DNA of 64,000 bases, taken from contig JAZRYF010000011.1 of the NCBI GenBank assembly GCA_045600625.1, forward strand, positions 8,964 to 72,963. Reading direction: 5' to 3'. This DNA comes from Saccharofermentans sp. GTDB lineage: Bacteria; Bacillota; Clostridia; Saccharofermentanales; Saccharofermentanaceae. Under the pieces are notes generated by a model. That model was not told the DNA's origin, made no database searches, and worked only from the letters and a program-made list of their open reading frames with translations. Below are positions 60,087 through 64,000 of the stretch, piece after piece (the stretch's first letter is position 1; every line of letters starts with the position of its first letter). The translations under genes and the position numbers were made by a program.

Positions 60087-60413
60087 TTACTCCTTCATAA
60101 TCTCAGAGAGGCCAGATAAAACTTCGCGAGCCTCACTATAATTTTCTTCATCTAGTAGTCTAATTGCTTTATTTATAGATTCTGTCTGCTCTAAGAATCT
60201 GTCTACAAGACCTAACTTGTCTTCATAACTATGAAGCTGATCAAGGGCTCTTTTAACCTTATCGTGAACCCCCTGTCTTGATATCTCCTCTTCCATAGCT
60301 ATCTCAGCCAGAGATAAGTCTTCATTAAGATACATATCAAGAGTGCACTGCATCTTCTCTGTCAGGAGATTACCGTAAAAATCAAATAAAAGACCATCTC
60401 TTACAGACTTCAA
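60087..60413 (-). CDS. ylxM: YlxM/UPF0122 helix-turn-helix protein (SRP-associated)
   Basis: LFDFYGNLLTEKMQ...DLSLAEIAMEEEISRQGVHD is typical, and it sits upstream of ffh. I prefer TTG 60413 behind GGAGG. The longest ORF starts at TTG 60431. Confidence 0.8.
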   Translation of the reverse strand: MKSVRDGLLFDFYGNLLTEKMQCTLDMYLNEDLSLAEIAMEEEISRQGVHDKVKRALDQLHSYEDKLGLVDRFLEQTESINKAIRLLDEENYSEAREVLSGLSEIMKE

Positions 60414-60443
60414 AATAACCTCCAAAGGCAATTAACCTCGAGA

Positions 60444-60472
60444 ATAATATAACAACAGTTATAGAGTGTCAA
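60444..60472 (-). promoter_or_regulatory. Putative sigma-A promoter of ylxM-ffh-rpsP operon
   Basis: On the minus strand: TTGACA (60472-60467), a 17-nt spacer, then TATTAT (60449-60444). Confidence 0.45.
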
Positions 60473-60494
60473 GTATTTTTACTTGTCAATAATA

Positions 60495-61532
60495 TTACTC
60501 ACCGAAGATTTCATAGAATCCGCGCTTCAGGCCGTATTCCAAATCTTCAGTATACAAAGTCTTATCTATCTTACCGTGCGGACTTTGAATAGATCTTAAT
60601 CCATGCCACTGGTCTCTACCATTAAGTTTGGAATAATACATCGCCATATCAGCAAGCTTTATATGATCATTCAAAGACAACAATGTGTCCGCTTCCTTAA
60701 AGAAAGGATATACAGCATAGCCAAGAGAACATGTAAGCTTATACTTAACACCATCATTAGGATCAGTAACAGTTATTGTTCTTGCAAATTCTTTTCTAAT
60801 CTCTGAAGCAATATCAGAATAATTAGTATCATAATAACCAAGATAAATTATAACAAATTCCTCTCCACCATATCTGACAACTACTCCTCGGTCACCTACA
60901 TACTCACGAAGCATTAAACCAACAGAAGCTATTACATCATCGCCTGCAGAGTGACCAAAATTATCGTTAACACTCTTAAAATGGTCGATATCAAGCATGA
61001 ATATGCCATATTTCTCACGTTCCAAATCATGCTTACCAACAAGATTTTGAGTCTGCATATATGGAACCATTTTCTGGGCGTAATATTTACGATTAAAGCA
61101 TCCTGTAAGCTCATCCAGATACTTCTCACTTGTAGCAGCATCAATGTAGAAAGCAACCTGATCCTGCCAAGTCTCGTCTCCCGAAGTTCTGAAAGGTCTT
61201 GATACCTTACCAGAAACAGCATAACTGGACAGATTATCACGCTCCATCTTAGCGAGCTCACCCTTAATCTCATTAACAGGTTCGCCTATTGCCTGCATAT
61301 AAATAGCATATAAGAAACGAGTAAAAATAAATGTAACTATAACTGTACTAACAATGTAATACCAAAATGTAATCCACAAATCAAAACCAGAAAATGCCAG
61401 CAAAACAAATTCAACTGTGTTAACACTTAAGACGCACAAAAATACTGCCAAAGAAATTCCTCTTGCAGCAGAAGAACTATTTTGCCATGTCTTAGGATCT
61501 GTAAGCTGATGATATCGATCTTTTATGCTCAT
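60495..61532 (-). CDS. Membrane-bound diguanylate cyclase (GGDEF)
   Basis: Two or three N-terminal TM helices and an intact RYGGEEF active site. The first 18 codons of the longest ORF (to 61586) run into the pfp terminator, so ATG 61532 (MSIKDRY) is preferred, although there is no clear RBS. Confidence 0.8.
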   Translation of the reverse strand: MSIKDRYHQLTDPKTWQNSSSAARGISLAVFLCVLSVNTVEFVLLAFSGFDLWITFWYYIVSTVIVTFIFTRFLYAIYMQAIGEPVNEIKGELAKMERDNLSSYAVSGKVSRPFRTSGDETWQDQVAFYIDAATSEKYLDELTGCFNRKYYAQKMVPYMQTQNLVGKHDLEREKYGIFMLDIDHFKSVNDNFGHSAGDDVIASVGLMLREYVGDRGVVVRYGGEEFVIIYLGYYDTNYSDIASEIRKEFARTITVTDPNDGVKYKLTCSLGYAVYPFFKEADTLLSLNDHIKLADMAMYYSKLNGRDQWHGLRSIQSPHGKIDKTLYTEDLEYGLKRGFYEIFGE

Positions 61533-61585
61533 ACAGAGAAAATTATATATTAGCGATTTATGAAGTATGTAAACAATTTGTAACA

Positions 61586-61616
61586 TTAAAAAGGGCTACA
61601 ACCAAAGTTGCAGCCC
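61586..61616 (-). terminator. Intrinsic terminator after pfp
   Basis: On the minus strand, GGGCTGCAAC TTTG GTTGTAGCCC is followed by TTTTTAATG. Confidence 0.7.
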
Positions 61617-61644
61617 TGTAAGGTTAATAAAAATCAATTAGCAA

Positions 61645-63303
61645 TTAAGCCTGCTCAAGAGCGAGAGTCTTAGTTGTGATATCACATACAGAAGAAGGTC
61701 CATAGTACTGGATAGCACCTGGGAATGTGAAGCATGTCTCAACTGCCCAGGTATCACGGTTAGCCTCGAAGAACTTGAATGGAGCACCATCAAGCTCAAC
61801 AAGAGCCTTACGGATAACTGGCTTATCAGCACCATTACGTCTCTCGATGTTCATCATCTTTGTGATTGGCATACCACCTGCAACCCACTCATCAGCTGGC
61901 TTGGAGATATTGGAAACCTTAGAGAGGTAACCTGTGTAACCATACTGGATGAGCATGAATGCGTTGTAACCCAAAGAATAGCAATAGTCAGCATCAAAGT
62001 TAGATGGGAATGCACAACGTCCCTCATAACCGAAGAAGTGGTGTAATGGAGAGAACTTACCATTGTATGTACCAGCAGCCTTACGCTTAGCAAGCTCGTT
62101 CTTAACAAGCTCAGAGAAAAGCTTCTCAGACTCAATGAGGGAAACCTGTACGTTACCATGAGGATCTCTCTCGAGGAAGAGCTGTTGCTGAATACCAACT
62201 GGAAGGAGATCGAATACTGCAAATGCAGACTCTGTAAGACCAGCCTTGATGAAATCGTATTTAGCCTGCCAAGATGGGAGTGCATTGAACTCCTCTGTCT
62301 TACTACCAGCAAGAAGCTCGTTAATCTCAGCAATCAAAGCAGAGAACTCAGGAACGAACTCTACGATACCCTCAGGAATAATAGCAACACCAAAGTTGTT
62401 ACCATTAGCTGCTCTCTTCTCTACAGAATCAGCGATGTAATTTGTAATCTCAGAAAGTGACATCTGCTTAGCCTTAACTTCTTCACCAATGAGGCAGATG
62501 TTAGGCTGTGTCTCAAGAGCACACTCAAGAGCAACGTGAGAAGCAGAACGGCCCATTACTTTAACAAAGTGCCAGTACTTCTTAGCGGAGTTTGCATCAC
62601 GCTCGATATTACCGATAAGCTCAGAATATGTCTTTGTAGCTGTATCAAAACCAAATGAAGCCTCGATATCCTCATTCTTAAGGTCACCGTCGATTGTCTT
62701 AGGGCAACCAATAACCTGAATACCTGTCTGCTTAGCAGCCATGTACTCAGCAAGAGTAGCAGCATTTGTATTAGAGTCATCACCACCGATGATAACGATA
62801 GCTGTAAGACCATTTTTCTTAGCATTCTCTGCTACAATATTGAACTGCTCTTCTGTCTCGAGCTTTGTTCTACCAGAACCGATGATATCAAAACCACCTG
62901 TATTTCTGTAAGAATCGATGAATGGATCATCGAATACAATATAGTCATTCTTAAGAAGTCCATCAGGACCGCCCTTGAAACCAAGGAGCTCATTGTCCTT
63001 ATTTGTAGCCTTCAAAGCATCATAAAGACCTGTAATAACATTGTGTCCACCTGGAGCCTGACCACCGGAAAGGATAACACCTACTACCTGCTTCTTAGCT
63101 GCAGAAGTATTAGCGCCCTTCTCGAAAGTAATCTCATTCTTACCGTATGTATTAGGGAAAAGAGCAGCGATCTTATCCTGATCTGCTACAGACTGTGTAG
63201 GATTTCCTTCCTTAACGCAGATTTCCGCAATACCATTTCTGAGCATGCCAGGAAGCTTAGGCTGATACTCATATCTTGCTGTCTGAAGTGGTGAAATATT
63301 CAT
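61645..63303 (-). CDS. pfp: Pyrophosphate-dependent 6-phosphofructokinase (long type)
   Basis: GGDDSNT (Asp in place of the Gly of ATP-PFK GGDGS) and PKTIDGD (Lys) are the PPi-specificity signatures. The start is ATG 63303 behind GGAG. Confidence 0.92.
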   Translation of the reverse strand: MNISPLQTARYEYQPKLPGMLRNGIAEICVKEGNPTQSVADQDKIAALFPNTYGKNEITFEKGANTSAAKKQVVGVILSGGQAPGGHNVITGLYDALKATNKDNELLGFKGGPDGLLKNDYIVFDDPFIDSYRNTGGFDIIGSGRTKLETEEQFNIVAENAKKNGLTAIVIIGGDDSNTNAATLAEYMAAKQTGIQVIGCPKTIDGDLKNEDIEASFGFDTATKTYSELIGNIERDANSAKKYWHFVKVMGRSASHVALECALETQPNICLIGEEVKAKQMSLSEITNYIADSVEKRAANGNNFGVAIIPEGIVEFVPEFSALIAEINELLAGSKTEEFNALPSWQAKYDFIKAGLTESAFAVFDLLPVGIQQQLFLERDPHGNVQVSLIESEKLFSELVKNELAKRKAAGTYNGKFSPLHHFFGYEGRCAFPSNFDADYCYSLGYNAFMLIQYGYTGYLSKVSNISKPADEWVAGGMPITKMMNIERRNGADKPVIRKALVELDGAPFKFFEANRDTWAVETCFTFPGAIQYYGPSSVCDITTKTLALEQA

Positions 63304-63407
63304 AATTTCGCTCCTTTTCATATATAAGTTAACTATAAAATAATAATTAATTTAAAGCTAAAAGTAAATGTATTTTATATAAAACTATATTGATATATAA
63401 TCCCATT

Positions 63408-64000
63408 ATGTTTACGGATACCCACAACCATACTATTCACTATAGTTCGGATGCTAAGATGACTATTGATGAGCTAATTAACAGCTGTATCAGTAAAGGA
63501 ATTCCACGCGCTATAATTACAGAGCATTATGATCTTGACTATCCATGTAAAGATGAATCATTTGAGTTTAATCTCATTGATTACGGCAAGAATTTTAGTC
63601 TTTGGAAAGAACTGTCTGCCAGAGTAAATGGACCAGAACTATTGATGGGAATCGAATTCGGATGGCAGGAACACCTTAAAAAAAGAATTGAAGAGGCTGC
63701 ATCTTCACTGCCTTTCGATCAGATTATTCTGTCGGAGCATGTTTTTAATGGTAATGATGTGTATTATCTTACTAATTTGGAGAAAATGTCTGCCAAGGAA
63801 AGGCAAAGTAAATACATATATAACTTAGCTTTAATGGCAAACCAGATTGATAATTACCACATAATTGCTCATTATGATTATATTGACAGATATCTTCCAC
63901 CATCTATTTCAGGTGTTTTTTACGATAATTGTCCTGAAGAGTTTGATTACTTGTTCGAGACGATTATAAGACGCGACAAAGCGCTAGAGATAAACACTGG
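63408..64000 (+). CDS. PHP-domain histidinol-phosphatase family protein (5' part; continues beyond the window)
   Basis: Own translation gives MFTDTHNHTIHYSSDAKMTIDELINSCISKGIPRAIITEHYD... The DxHxH and TEH motifs of the PHP/HisJ family are present. The frame is open to position 64000. Confidence 0.75.
   Translation, partial: MFTDTHNHTIHYSSDAKMTIDELINSCISKGIPRAIITEHYDLDYPCKDESFEFNLIDYGKNFSLWKELSARVNGPELLMGIEFGWQEHLKKRIEEAASSLPFDQIILSEHVFNGNDVYYLTNLEKMSAKERQSKYIYNLALMANQIDNYHIIAHYDYIDRYLPPSISGVFYDNCPEEFDYLFETIIRRDKALEINT

Overview
The window is a 64-kb, low-GC, very compact chromosome segment of Firmicutes/Clostridia type. Gene order and protein sequences look Lachnospiraceae-like, but that is inference only. 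I support 66 protein-coding genes (58 on the minus strand, 8 on the plus strand) and one tRNA-Leu(CAG). Many neighbouring genes overlap by 4-30 nt.

The content is overwhelmingly core housekeeping:
- pheST
- mreC-mreD-PBP2
- a eukaryote-type IDH, and holA
- argG-GNAT-argH
- groESL with a CIRCE operator
- an LCP protein, galE and a two-component system
- rny
- recN-argR-nadK-dxs-ispA-xseBA-nusB
- an Asp23/AmaP/DUF2273 stress module, and efp
- rnhB-rbgA-rplS-trmD-rimM-KH-rpsP-ffh-ylxM
- two c-di-GMP proteins
- a PPi-dependent phosphofructokinase

I found no transposase, integrase, phage gene, CRISPR array, reverse transcriptase, toxin-antitoxin pair or recognisable defence system. I do not see a compelling novel system.

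The candidates most worth follow-up are:
1. A stand-alone Lon-type AAA+ ATPase that lacks a protease domain, next to the tRNA (15719-17206).
2. A tightly overlapping 10-gene array (22032-33007) joining a GldA/F/G-like ABC system, DUF4340, a membrane-anchored propeller-like protein, CYTH, two flavoproteins and an ACT/UPF0210 pair.
3. A catalytically degenerate methylglyoxal-synthase-like gene inside the cell-shape operon.
4. A GNAT gene wedged between argG and argH, which is a candidate short N-acetylglutamate synthase.
5. A GNAT-like/MGMT fusion.
6. Four exactly phased 10-bp CGACAA repeats after pheT.
7. Three intra-operon terminators that sit directly against the next gene's RBS.

All functional calls come from reading the translated ORFs and recalling family motifs. 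No database search was possible.
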